From an uncultured delta proteobacterium (GTDB lineage: Bacteria; Myxococcota_A; Polyangia; Fen-1088), in contig CAVYGB010000003.1 in assembly GCA_963767925.1 (NCBI GenBank), positions 1-64,000 of the forward strand: a DNA stretch of 64,000 nucleotides, written 5' to 3'. Under the pieces are notes generated by a model. It was given only the letters and a program-made list of their open reading frames with translations. It had not been told where the DNA came from and did no database searches. Positions 49,079 to 57,380 of the stretch are shown here, piece after piece. Position 1 is the stretch's first letter; each line of letters starts with the position of its first letter. A program made the translations under genes and the position numbers.

Positions 49079-49627
49079 TCACCGGGCGCCGGTGGTGGTG
49101 TCCTCCGGCGCGGGCGGGCCCTTGTGGCCCCGGCGGCCGTGTTTGCCCTGCATCTTGCCGCGCATCTCCTGCAGCTTGGTCCGCTGCTCGGCGGTCAAGA
49201 TGCCGTCGATCTGGGTGCGCAGGGCCTCGCGCCGGGCGTGCAGGGCCTTGTGCGCGGCTGCGAGCTGCTCGGTGTTGCCCTTGCCGGCGCGTTCGGCGTC
49301 GCGCTGGTCCCGGACCGTCTGGAACAGCTTCTCCATCTCCGGGCGGGCCGCTTGCTCGGCGCCTCTTATCGCCTCGAGCTGCTGGGCGGTGATGCCCAGC
49401 TCGGCGCCGTGGCGCGAGAGCCGCTCGGCGAACGAGCCATGAAGGCCCCGGCGATGGCCCCACCGTGGTCCCTTCTGCTCGCCGGGCGCGGCATTGTCTG
49501 CCTGGCCCGGCGGCCGGCCCGGCCCGGCCTTGCCCGGCTGGCCCGGGCTGTCGGCAACCGCGAAGGCCGCCACCGAGGCGCCCGCCAGCAGGCCGACGAG
49601 CAACAGGGGTTTCGTGAGCTTCTTCAT
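49079..49627 (-). CDS. Spy/CpxP family periplasmic protein
   Basis: Signal peptide; LGITAQQ and ILTAEQR (LTxxQ) motifs. Confidence 0.85.
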   Translation of the reverse strand: MKKLTKPLLLVGLLAGASVAAFAVADSPGQPGKAGPGRPPGQADNAAPGEQKGPRWGHRRGLHGSFAERLSRHGAELGITAQQLEAIRGAEQAARPEMEKLFQTVRDQRDAERAGKGNTEQLAAAHKALHARREALRTQIDGILTAEQRTKLQEMRGKMQGKHGRRGHKGPPAPEDTTTGAR

Positions 49628-49680
49628 CTGGTCTTTCTCCTTTTTCCAGGGCGGCGGCTGCCGCCCTCGCTCCCTGTCAC

Positions 49681-49697
49681 AGCAGGACCGATGCCAG
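49681..49697 (-). promoter_or_regulatory. Candidate sigma54 promoter for the spy/cpxP-like gene
   Basis: Minus strand CTGGCATCGGTCCTGCT fits the GG-N10-GC (-24/-12) pattern, about 55 nt upstream of the ATG. Confidence 0.5.
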
Positions 49698-49830
49698 CCC
49701 GCGAGGCCCTGGAAATGGCGCTTTTCCGGCCACGACGCACCCCGGGCTGCGGGTTGCGCATGGGGGGCTGCGGATCCCGCGCACAAACAACCCGATACAG
49801 CCGCCGGCGGGCTCGGTATTGTCGGCCCCC

Positions 49831-51144
49831 GTGAGCGAGCTGCGGCGATCCTTCGGGCTGTTCGACGCCACCATGGTGAACGTCGGCGTGATGGTCGGGT
49901 CGGCGGTGTTCCTCACGGCGGGGGACGTCGCCCGGGCCTTGCCCCATCCGCTGTTGCAGCTCGGGGTCTGGCTGGTGGCTGCCGTGTTCTCGCTGGCCGG
50001 CGCGCTCACCATCGCCGAGCTGGGGGCGTCCCTGCCCCAGGCGGGTGGGCTGACGGTCTACCTGCGCGAGGCCTTCGGTCCGCCCTGGGGCTTCCTGTAC
50101 GGCTGGGCGCTGTTCACGGTGATCCAGACGGCCGCCATCGCCGCGGTGGGGGTCGCCTTCGCCACCTACTGCCGCCACTTCTTCGACCTGTCGCCGCTGG
50201 GCGTGCAGCTCCTGGCGGCGGCCATCGTGGCGGTGCTGAGCGGGCTCAACGCCCTCGGCGTGCGCGAGGGGGTCGTCACCCAGAACCTGTTCACGGTGGC
50301 CAAGCTGGCGGTGATGGTCGGGCTGGTGGCGGTCGCCTTCGGCGGCAGCGGCGGGAGCTGGTCCAACCTGGCGGCGCCCGCGGCCGGCGCGATCCAGCCG
50401 ATCACCCTGGCCGGCCTGGGCGCGGCCCTCATCGGCCCGCTGTTCGCGTTCGACGGCTGGATCACCACCAGCTACATCGGCGGCGAGGTGAAGCGCCCGG
50501 CGCGCACCTTGCCGCTGGCGGCGCTCGCCTCGGTCGCCATCGTGGCGGCGCTCTACCTCGCGCTCAACGCCGCCTACCTCTACGTGCTCGGTCCCGGCGA
50601 GGTGGCCCGCGCCCCGCTGGTGGCGGCGCAGACCGCGCAGGTGCTCCTGGGGCCGCGCGGGGCGGACCTGGCGGCGTTGATGGTGGTCATCGCCACCTTC
50701 GGGGCGCTCAACGGCAACATCCTGGCCGGGGCCCGCGTGCTCTACGCCCTGGCGGCGGCCGGGCTGTTCTGGCGGCGGGTCGAGCGCATCCACCCGCGCT
50801 TCGGCACCCCCGCGGCAGCCCTGGCGGCGCAGGGGCTGGTCTCGGTGGCGCTGGTCTTCACCGGGCGGTTCGACCAGCTCCTGGCGAGCTGCCTGTTCGC
50901 CTCCTGGCTGTTCTACGCCCTCGGGGGCGTGGCGGTCTTCGTGCTGCGCCGCCGGACCGACCTGCCGCGCCCCTACCGCGTGTGGGGCTACCCGGTCGTG
51001 CCGGCCCTGTTCGTGGCCTTCGCGCTGCTGCTGCTGGCGGCGACCATCGCCGCCGCCCCCCGCGACGCCGCCATCGGCACCGCCCTCCTGCTGACCGGCG
51101 TCCCCGCCTACTTCCTCTTCAAACGCGCCCGCCGCCTTCGCTAG
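49831..51144 (+). CDS. APC family amino acid permease (LAT-like)
   Basis: GVMVGSAVF, AELG..LP.AGG, FAFDGW, EVKRP.R.LP, RPYRVWGYP. Confidence 0.93.
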   Translation: MSELRRSFGLFDATMVNVGVMVGSAVFLTAGDVARALPHPLLQLGVWLVAAVFSLAGALTIAELGASLPQAGGLTVYLREAFGPPWGFLYGWALFTVIQTAAIAAVGVAFATYCRHFFDLSPLGVQLLAAAIVAVLSGLNALGVREGVVTQNLFTVAKLAVMVGLVAVAFGGSGGSWSNLAAPAAGAIQPITLAGLGAALIGPLFAFDGWITTSYIGGEVKRPARTLPLAALASVAIVAALYLALNAAYLYVLGPGEVARAPLVAAQTAQVLLGPRGADLAALMVVIATFGALNGNILAGARVLYALAAAGLFWRRVERIHPRFGTPAAALAAQGLVSVALVFTGRFDQLLASCLFASWLFYALGGVAVFVLRRRTDLPRPYRVWGYPVVPALFVAFALLLLAATIAAAPRDAAIGTALLLTGVPAYFLFKRARRLR

Positions 51145-51333
51145 CCGCGGGCCGACCGTGCGCTGGCCGCGGACTCTGCTTCAGTCGAGCAAGAACCCGC
51201 TGTCTGTTTACCCTCTCCCCACGGCAGAGCACGGGGAGAGGTGGTGGCCGGGCGCCCGACTGAACTTAGAGCCAGCCGCTGAAACCTGTGGAGAATTTGC
51301 CCGATGGGCGAAACGAGGTATCGAGGCCGGGAC

Positions 51334-51520
51334 GCGTGCTCGTGGGCGTGTTCGAGCTCGTGGGCGTGTTCGAGCGCGTGTTCGTGTTCGAGTTCGTGTG
51401 GGGCGAGCGTTGAGCGGCCAGGCGGCTCTCGGTGCGCGTAAATCACGCGAGCCGAGGCCCGCGGGCCGAACACGCTCACCACACACGGACACGAACTCGC
51501 ACACGAGCACGACCACGACA
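51334..51520. repeat. Two mutually complementary degenerate hexamer tracts (GTGYTC-like / GARCAC-like)
   Basis: cgtgctcgtgggcgtgttcgagctc... (51334-51400) and cacgaactcgcacacgagcacgaccacgac (51471-51520). Confidence 0.65.
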
Positions 51521-51533
51521 GCCGCGGCAGTCA

Positions 51534-51863
51534 TCAGGGTTGGTGGCGGTGCATGCCGGCGAGCCGAGTGAGCATCGCGCACAGCCGGTCGAGCAGAGAC
51601 ATCACCGCTTCGATCTCGGTATCGGGAGCAAGTCCCAGGATTGCAACCGCCTCCAAGGCGGCTGCCGCCTCGGACGCTTCGCCTCTGGCGGTGCGGAACC
51701 GTGAGATCCTGTCGGCGCCCGTTCGGCTGGATGCCTCGGCGATGCCCAGGTATGCCGACAACAGCGCGCGCCGAAGCTGGTCCTGCAACGTCGCATACCC
51801 GCGTGGCATTCTCCGCGCAAGAGCGTCGCCCAAGCGTAGAGCATCGCGGGCCACGCAACGCAA
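51534..51863 (-). CDS. Four helix bundle protein (23S rRNA IVP/bAvd-like); N-terminus possibly degraded
   Basis: DQLRRA..S....IAEA...F..ARG.A.E motif, ending MLTRL; in-frame TAA just upstream of the TTG. Confidence 0.75.
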   Translation of the reverse strand: MRCVARDALRLGDALARRMPRGYATLQDQLRRALLSAYLGIAEASSRTGADRISRFRTARGEASEAAAALEAVAILGLAPDTEIEAVMSLLDRLCAMLTRLAGMHRHQP

Positions 51864-51960
51864 AGCCGAGAATTACTTAGCCTTCGTTCGGCTCGCCTGT
51901 GCGCTGATTGCTTTCAACGCTGCCTCTCGTGCGTAATTCACAGGTTTCAGCGGCTCGCTC

Positions 51961-52443
51961 CTAGCTGCGGATGTTGCTGACGGCCGACTTGGCGGTGTCG
52001 TGGGCGGATTTGAGGACGTTGCTGAGGGTGGTGAAGCGGCGGTTCTCGTCCTGGACGTTCTGCTGCAGGTTGAGGAGCTGGAGGTTGAAGCTCTGGCTCT
52101 CGCGCTGCATGGCGAACATCTGCGACATCTCGCCGTTCTTGCTGGTGGCGCCCGCGGCACCGCCGGCCGCACCGCCGAGGCCACCCGCGGCACCCCCCCC
52201 ACCGCCGCCGCCACCTCCACCGCCGCCGCTGACGGCGCCGAGGAGCTGACCGCCCGCCTCGCGGACCGCGGCGGCCAGGACCGGCCCACCGACGAGGCCG
52301 GTCACGACCTCGGCGCCGGTCAGCAGGACGTTGGCCCCGCTCGACAGCACCTGGCTGAACGGCGTGGCTGGTGGAGCCGCGGTCTGGCGCTGTGTGGTCT
52401 GGGCGACCTGAACCGACGTTGTCGCGGGGTCGATCTTGGACAT
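51961..52443 (-). CDS. Small Gly-rich protein with T3SS needle/rod-like C-terminal helix, paralog B
   Basis: GGAGG SD; last 56 aa identical to 34024-34485. Confidence 0.78.
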   Translation of the reverse strand: MSKIDPATTSVQVAQTTQRQTAAPPATPFSQVLSSGANVLLTGAEVVTGLVGGPVLAAAVREAGGQLLGAVSGGGGGGGGGGGGAAGGLGGAAGGAAGATSKNGEMSQMFAMQRESQSFNLQLLNLQQNVQDENRRFTTLSNVLKSAHDTAKSAVSNIRS

Positions 52444-52596
52444 CCGAATGCCTCCTGGCCTGGTTGTCGGTCGGGCCGTGGAAGAGTTGCTTCGACGACG
52501 CGGTATTCCGATCGCGCGTTGCGCTGTCATTTTATAGAGCGCCCGGGGGAGGCCCGGCAAGCAACTTCTGGCCGTCGAGGCCGAGACCCAGCCATC

Positions 52597-53016
52597 ATGC
52601 CGCGCCCGCCCCGCCTGCCCCGCCTGCCCCGCCTGCCCCGCCTGCCCCGCTGGATCCATACCCTCGGCTTGCCCCTGGGCCTCCTGCTCGCGAGCAGCGC
52701 GCTGCTGCCCGCGGCCGCCCGGGCCGACGCCGCCCTGGACCTGGTCCGCAGCGTCGCCGCGGAGTCGGTCGTCGCCTCGCCCTCGCCCCGAGCGCGCCGC
52801 CGCCAGCCGCTCCGGACCGCCCGCGCGAAGCGGATCCGCCCTCCCGCGCGCTACGCCCCGAAAGCCGGCCTCGAGCTGACCGCGGCCCAGCGGGGCAGCG
52901 GCCGGGTCGACGTCTTGCGGGTGACCGACGCCCCCTCCGCCGGCGCGGGCGCCACGCCGGCGGTCGAGCGCAAGGGCGGCTTCGGATCGGGCCTGGTAGC
53001 GGTTCGCACGCGTTGA
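52597..53016 (+). CDS. Hypothetical exported protein; 9-bp repeat (PRL)x4 in the signal region
   Basis: Hydrophobic signal ending AARA; CCCCGCCTG tandem at about 52609-52650. Confidence 0.5.
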   Translation: MPRPPRLPRLPRLPRLPRWIHTLGLPLGLLLASSALLPAAARADAALDLVRSVAAESVVASPSPRARRRQPLRTARAKRIRPPARYAPKAGLELTAAQRGSGRVDVLRVTDAPSAGAGATPAVERKGGFGSGLVAVRTR

Positions 53017-53063
53017 CCCCGCCGTCCGTGGCGGAGACGCGGTCCGTGCGACAAGCTGGCCGC

Positions 53064-53510
53064 ATGCCGTCCCCGCAGCCCGCCGACCGAGACCGCGCCC
53101 TTGTCGCCGCCGAGAAGATCGCGCGGCTCATGGACGGGTTCCACCTCGACCCGCTGCTGGGCCTGTTCGTGCCCTGGGCGGGCGACGTCATCGGCGGTGG
53201 CCTCGGCCTCTACCCGGTGTACCTGGCCTGGAAGCGGGGCGCGCCGAAGGCGCTGCTCGCCCGCATGTTGCTCAACCTCAGCGTCGATCTCCTGGCCGGC
53301 GCGATCCCGGTGCTCGGCGACGTCTGGGACTTCTTCTTCCGGGCCCACCGCCGCAACCTGACCCTGCTGCGCTCGCGCTGGCAAGACGGGGCCATCCGCT
53401 CCCGCCCGCGCGACGGCCTCGTCGTGACCGCCGCGCTGCTGGTCTTCCTGCTGGCCCTGGCCACCCCCATCGTCCTGCTGGTGCTCGCCATCGGCGCCAT
53501 CGGGCTGTGA
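53064..53510 (+). CDS. DUF4112 domain membrane protein
   Basis: ARLMD...LDPLLGL.VP.AGD, RMLLN..VD...GAIPVLGD..D..F.A..RN. Confidence 0.88.
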   Translation: MPSPQPADRDRALVAAEKIARLMDGFHLDPLLGLFVPWAGDVIGGGLGLYPVYLAWKRGAPKALLARMLLNLSVDLLAGAIPVLGDVWDFFFRAHRRNLTLLRSRWQDGAIRSRPRDGLVVTAALLVFLLALATPIVLLVLAIGAIGL

Positions 53511-53563
53511 CCGCGTAGCGGACGCTTTCGCGGACGCCGCGCCAGACGCCCACAACGGACGCT

Positions 53564-54361
53564 TCAACGGACGCTCTTACTATCCTGGCGGTCGGCGGCG
53601 AGGACCTCTTCCAGCTCGAGCTGGGCGTTGGCGTAGGCGGCGGCGCCGTACATGTCCGGGAACAGCTGGCGGTGGTCGATGCCGTGCAGGTCGAGGTCGC
53701 GCAGCGCTTCGGGGATCACGTGGTTGGACACCTCGGCCAGGGTGAGCAGATCGCCTCGGCCGGTGTCGTCGAGCAGCGAGCCGAGATCGAAGTGCGACTC
53801 CGAGCGGATCCAGGTGAACAGCCCCCGCTGCTGCTGCATGCGCCCCAGCTCGTCGATGGGCGTGCGCACCAGCTCGAGGGTCTCGTCTTCCAGCCGGTCG
53901 GTCCGGGCCAGCCGGTACATCGCGAAGCAGTCGGCCGTGGCCCGGACATCGGGCTCCCGCTCGATCTGGGGAGCCGGTCCGCGGAGGGCGAAGAAGAGGG
54001 CCACGAACGGTTTTTCCGTCCAGTCGAGCAGGGGCGTGCTCAGCCCGTGGTGCCGGCCCAGAGCCCACCACTGGTCCTCGGTGAGATCTTTGGGGGAGGC
54101 CCCCCGCAGGCCGCTCGCCGCCGACCGGAACCGATCCAGGTGGGCCTTCATCAGCACGCGCAGCCGCCGATCGCCGGTCCCCCGCGGCAAGCGCCCCGGC
54201 GCGCAGCCCCCGGTCAAGGCCAGCACGTGCCGCTCGAGCGAGGAGACGAGCGGCCAGCCGGGATCGCGTTGCCCCCGCCAGAAGTAGGTCGCCCCTCCCT
54301 CGGGAGGCTCTTCGAGGAGCTCCCGGAACTCCGCCCAGCCATCGAACCGCCGCCGCTGCAT
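53564..54361 (-). CDS. FRG domain protein
   Basis: YFWRGQ....WPL.SSL.R, GRHHGL.TPLLDWT..P.VALFFA, R...QRGLFT. Confidence 0.9.
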   Translation of the reverse strand: MQRRRFDGWAEFRELLEEPPEGGATYFWRGQRDPGWPLVSSLERHVLALTGGCAPGRLPRGTGDRRLRVLMKAHLDRFRSAASGLRGASPKDLTEDQWWALGRHHGLSTPLLDWTEKPFVALFFALRGPAPQIEREPDVRATADCFAMYRLARTDRLEDETLELVRTPIDELGRMQQQRGLFTWIRSESHFDLGSLLDDTGRGDLLTLAEVSNHVIPEALRDLDLHGIDHRQLFPDMYGAAAYANAQLELEEVLAADRQDSKSVR

Positions 54362-54376
54362 GCCTCCCCGTCGAGC

Positions 54377-54937
54377 TCAGTAGGTGATCGTCGCGGCGAA
54401 GCTCATGCCCACGTCGGCGCTCCAGGCCACGGTGGGGAGCTCCCCGGTGATGTGCAGCGTGAACAGCAGGGACGCGTCCTTCCACAGCTCGGTCACGTCG
54501 ACGGGCGGATCGGTGGTCAGGGTCAAGGTCGCGCCCACCTCGGCGTCGTCCGACCGCTCGTAGGCCGCCACCTCGATCGGCGCCTCCCGGGCCGCCTCGG
54601 CCTTGGGCGAGGTGGCGGTGATCCGCAGCCGGCGCAGGAACGACAGGTCGTCGAGCCCGCCGGTGGTGGCGATCTGGACGCCGAGGACGCGGACCTTCGA
54701 GAAGCTCGCCCCCTGCAGCCCCACCCGGGCCGGCTGCTGCCGGAAGCTCACCGCCAGCGACACCTCGTTGCCGTCGGCCTCGGCCGGCGCGGCAGGGATG
54801 GCGAGGTCCCGCTCGGTCACCTCCACCTCGGGCAGCTCCCCTTCCGCCGACAGCGCACAGCCGGCCAGCAGCGCCAGCCCCAGCAGGGCCGGCGCCCGCG
54901 GTTTCTGCCTCGGTCGCGCCATGTTCGCGCGCTTCAT
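54377..54937 (-). CDS. Hypothetical lipoprotein
   Basis: LLAGC lipobox; translationally coupled to the upstream gene. Confidence 0.75.
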   Translation of the reverse strand: MKRANMARPRQKPRAPALLGLALLAGCALSAEGELPEVEVTERDLAIPAAPAEADGNEVSLAVSFRQQPARVGLQGASFSKVRVLGVQIATTGGLDDLSFLRRLRITATSPKAEAAREAPIEVAAYERSDDAEVGATLTLTTDPPVDVTELWKDASLLFTLHITGELPTVAWSADVGMSFAATITY

Positions 54938-55572
54938 TGCAGGTAGACCACCAGGCCGACCTTCGCCGAGGGGACCAGCAGGCGCAGGTGGGGGTCCTGC
55001 TTGAAGGTGACGGTGGTGCGCCCGGGGCGGGCGGGGTTGACCTCGGTCGGCGCCGAGACCTGGTGCAACGTCGACCGCAGGTAGGTGAACCCGCCGTGCA
55101 CGAAGAAGGTGGCGCTGCGGGTGCCGAGCTCGATCCCGGCGTGGGCGTTGAAGAACGTGTAGCTGAAGCGCCGGACATACGAGCCGAAGTCGCCCAGGCC
55201 GGCGAACAGCGAGCGCATGAGGGCGTTGGTCCCGCCCTCGCTGTAGTGGCCCACCTCCAGGTTCAGCGAGGGGCCCTCGCCGACCGGCAGGATGGTCAGT
55301 CCCCCGCGCAGGCCGGGGCTGATGGTGTTGCTGCCCGCCCCGACGTGCAGCCGGGTGTACGGCACCGGGCGGATCACCACCGAGCCGATCACCCCGTCGG
55401 GCAGGCCGGCGTCGATCATGAACCCGATGGGCGGCAGCCGGGGCTCCTCGTCGGGCGCGTCCTGCTCGAAGGGGGGCACCGACATCTCGGTCAAAGGCGC
55501 CGCCTGGGCGGCCGCGGGCGCGAACAGCCACGCCCCGATGCTCGCAAGGGTGGCGACACGTAGCGCGCCCAT
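54934..55572 (-). CDS. Hypothetical outer-membrane beta-barrel-like protein
   Basis: Signal peptide (AAAQA), alternating beta-strand pattern, C-terminal KVGLVVYLQ; start could instead be 55623. Confidence 0.6.
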   Translation of the reverse strand: MGALRVATLASIGAWLFAPAAAQAAPLTEMSVPPFEQDAPDEEPRLPPIGFMIDAGLPDGVIGSVVIRPVPYTRLHVGAGSNTISPGLRGGLTILPVGEGPSLNLEVGHYSEGGTNALMRSLFAGLGDFGSYVRRFSYTFFNAHAGIELGTRSATFFVHGGFTYLRSTLHQVSAPTEVNPARPGRTTVTFKQDPHLRLLVPSAKVGLVVYLQ

Positions 55573-55741
55573 GGAAGGAAGGTAAGTCTGAACGTCTTTG
55601 CCGCTCACGCAAAGAATTCTCATTGATCTTCGCCCATTCGCTGTGCGTCGCCCCGGGGCTGCCGGCGCCGTGATCCGCCTTTCAGTGGGGCGCCCCTTCC
55701 GCCGATGACGAGGACGAACCCGAGCGCGTCGAGCTGGAACG

Positions 55742-57328
55742 GTGCCCGAAGCACGCCCACCCCTCAACAAACGCTGCCACGTCTGTGGATACCGCTACGA
55801 ATCCACGGTGGTCGAGTGTCCATTTGATCACGTCACCCTGAGGTCCAGGCCCGGGGTCGAGCACCTCGGCCCCTACCGGCTCGTCGAGCGGCTGGCCACC
55901 GGGGGGATGGGCGCCGTCTACCGCGCCCTCCACCAGAAGGTGGGCCGCGGGGTGGCGCTCAAGCTGCTGCACCAGTCCCTGCGCAACGAGGTGGTGGGCG
56001 TCAGCCGGTTCTTCCACGAGGCCCGCGCGGTCAACAGCATCCGCCACCCCAACGTGGTCGAGGTCTACGACCTCTCGGGCGAGGGCGAAGACGTGTACAT
56101 GGTGCTCGAGCTGCTCTCGGGCAACGACCTGCGCACCTTGCTGGGGCGCCAGACCGGCGGCTGCCTGCCCGCCAACCGGGTGGTCAACATCCTCGAGCAG
56201 GTCTGCGGCGCCCTGCAAGCCACCCACGCCCGCAAGATCGTGCACCGCGACCTCAAGCCCGAAAACGTCTTCCTCTGCACGCACACCGGGCGGCAGGACT
56301 TCGTCAAGCTGCTCGACTTCGGGGTGGCCAAGCTCGAGCGCCCCGAGGGCCGTTTGACCCGGGAGGGCATCGCCCTCGGGACGCCCGAATACATGGCCCC
56401 CGAGCAGGCGCGAGGCGCCGACGTCGACGGCCGCACCGACATCTATGCGGTCGGCTGCATCGCCTTCGAGATGTTGACCGGGCGGACCGTGTTCCAGGGG
56501 CCGGCCCCCGGCGACGTGATGATGAAACACGTGCGCACCCCGCCGCCGTCGCCGCGCGACCTGAACCCCCTGGTGCCGCCCGCGCTCGAGACGGTGGTGC
56601 TGCGCTGCCTGGCCAAGTCGCCCAGGTCCCGGCCCCAGACCGCCCTCGATCTGGCCCAGGAGCTGTGCGCGGCGGTGGGGGTGCCCTTCGATCAGACGGG
56701 CGCCTTCATCGGCTGGAAGGAGTGGGGGGACGTCGTCTCGGGCGTTGTCGAGATGCCCATGCTGGAGGTCAAGGCGCCGCGGCGCTCCCTCACCCAGACC
56801 CTGCACGAGATGGTGGCGAAGGTGCCCGGCCGGCGCCGCGCGCTGATCGCCGCCGGCGCGGCCGCCGCCCTCGGGGTGGGCGGCTGGCTGGCCCTGTCTT
56901 CGCGGGGTGGGGGCGCCATCGTGCAAGCCTCCGGAGTCGCCGCCGCCCAGGCCGCCCCCGAGCCGGTCGTGTCCGAGCTTGTCGTGCAGTCGAGTCCCCT
57001 GGCGGCCGAGGTGTTCGACGAGCAGGGCACCCGCCTCGGCGTCACGCCGCACCGCCTGAAGCTGGCCCCCGGCACCTCCCTGAAGGTGCGCCTGCAGCGG
57101 GCCGGCTACCTCCCGGCCGAGCGGGTTGTCAGCGCCGACTCTCCCGAACGGACCATCGTGGTTCCCCTCGATCCCCAGGATCCGCGCCCGCAGCAAGCCG
57201 ACCCCCCGCCCGGTCAAGGTCCGCGACCGGGGTCGCAAGCCCCCTCCGCGGTAGCCGGGCCTGCGCGCAGCGGGGGGCCCCCGGCCACTTTCTGGCGCGA
57301 GCTCCGGCCGGGCGCAGCGGTGCACTAG
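55742..57328 (+). CDS. Ser/Thr protein kinase with TM segment and PEGA domain
   Basis: GGMGAVY, VALK, HRDLKPEN, DFG, GTPEYMAPEQ; C-terminal VQSSP..AEV....LGVTP. Confidence 0.95.
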   Translation: MPEARPPLNKRCHVCGYRYESTVVECPFDHVTLRSRPGVEHLGPYRLVERLATGGMGAVYRALHQKVGRGVALKLLHQSLRNEVVGVSRFFHEARAVNSIRHPNVVEVYDLSGEGEDVYMVLELLSGNDLRTLLGRQTGGCLPANRVVNILEQVCGALQATHARKIVHRDLKPENVFLCTHTGRQDFVKLLDFGVAKLERPEGRLTREGIALGTPEYMAPEQARGADVDGRTDIYAVGCIAFEMLTGRTVFQGPAPGDVMMKHVRTPPPSPRDLNPLVPPALETVVLRCLAKSPRSRPQTALDLAQELCAAVGVPFDQTGAFIGWKEWGDVVSGVVEMPMLEVKAPRRSLTQTLHEMVAKVPGRRRALIAAGAAAALGVGGWLALSSRGGGAIVQASGVAAAQAAPEPVVSELVVQSSPLAAEVFDEQGTRLGVTPHRLKLAPGTSLKVRLQRAGYLPAERVVSADSPERTIVVPLDPQDPRPQQADPPPGQGPRPGSQAPSAVAGPARSGGPPATFWRELRPGAAVH

Positions 57329-57380
57329 ACCCGCCCGCGATGGGAGGGTATTACTCCCGGATCCTGACTGGGACGCGGAT

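Noticed and set aside
51534..51863. Diversity-generating retroelement (Avd)
   Set aside because: No reverse transcriptase or TR/VR pair with adenine-specific mismatches; differences between the two needle-like paralogs are synonymous, not A-specific.
57317..57328. GCGGTGCACTAG matching the right end of the 27368-27530 element
   Set aside because: Only 12 bp, with no partner inverted repeat or core; probably chance.
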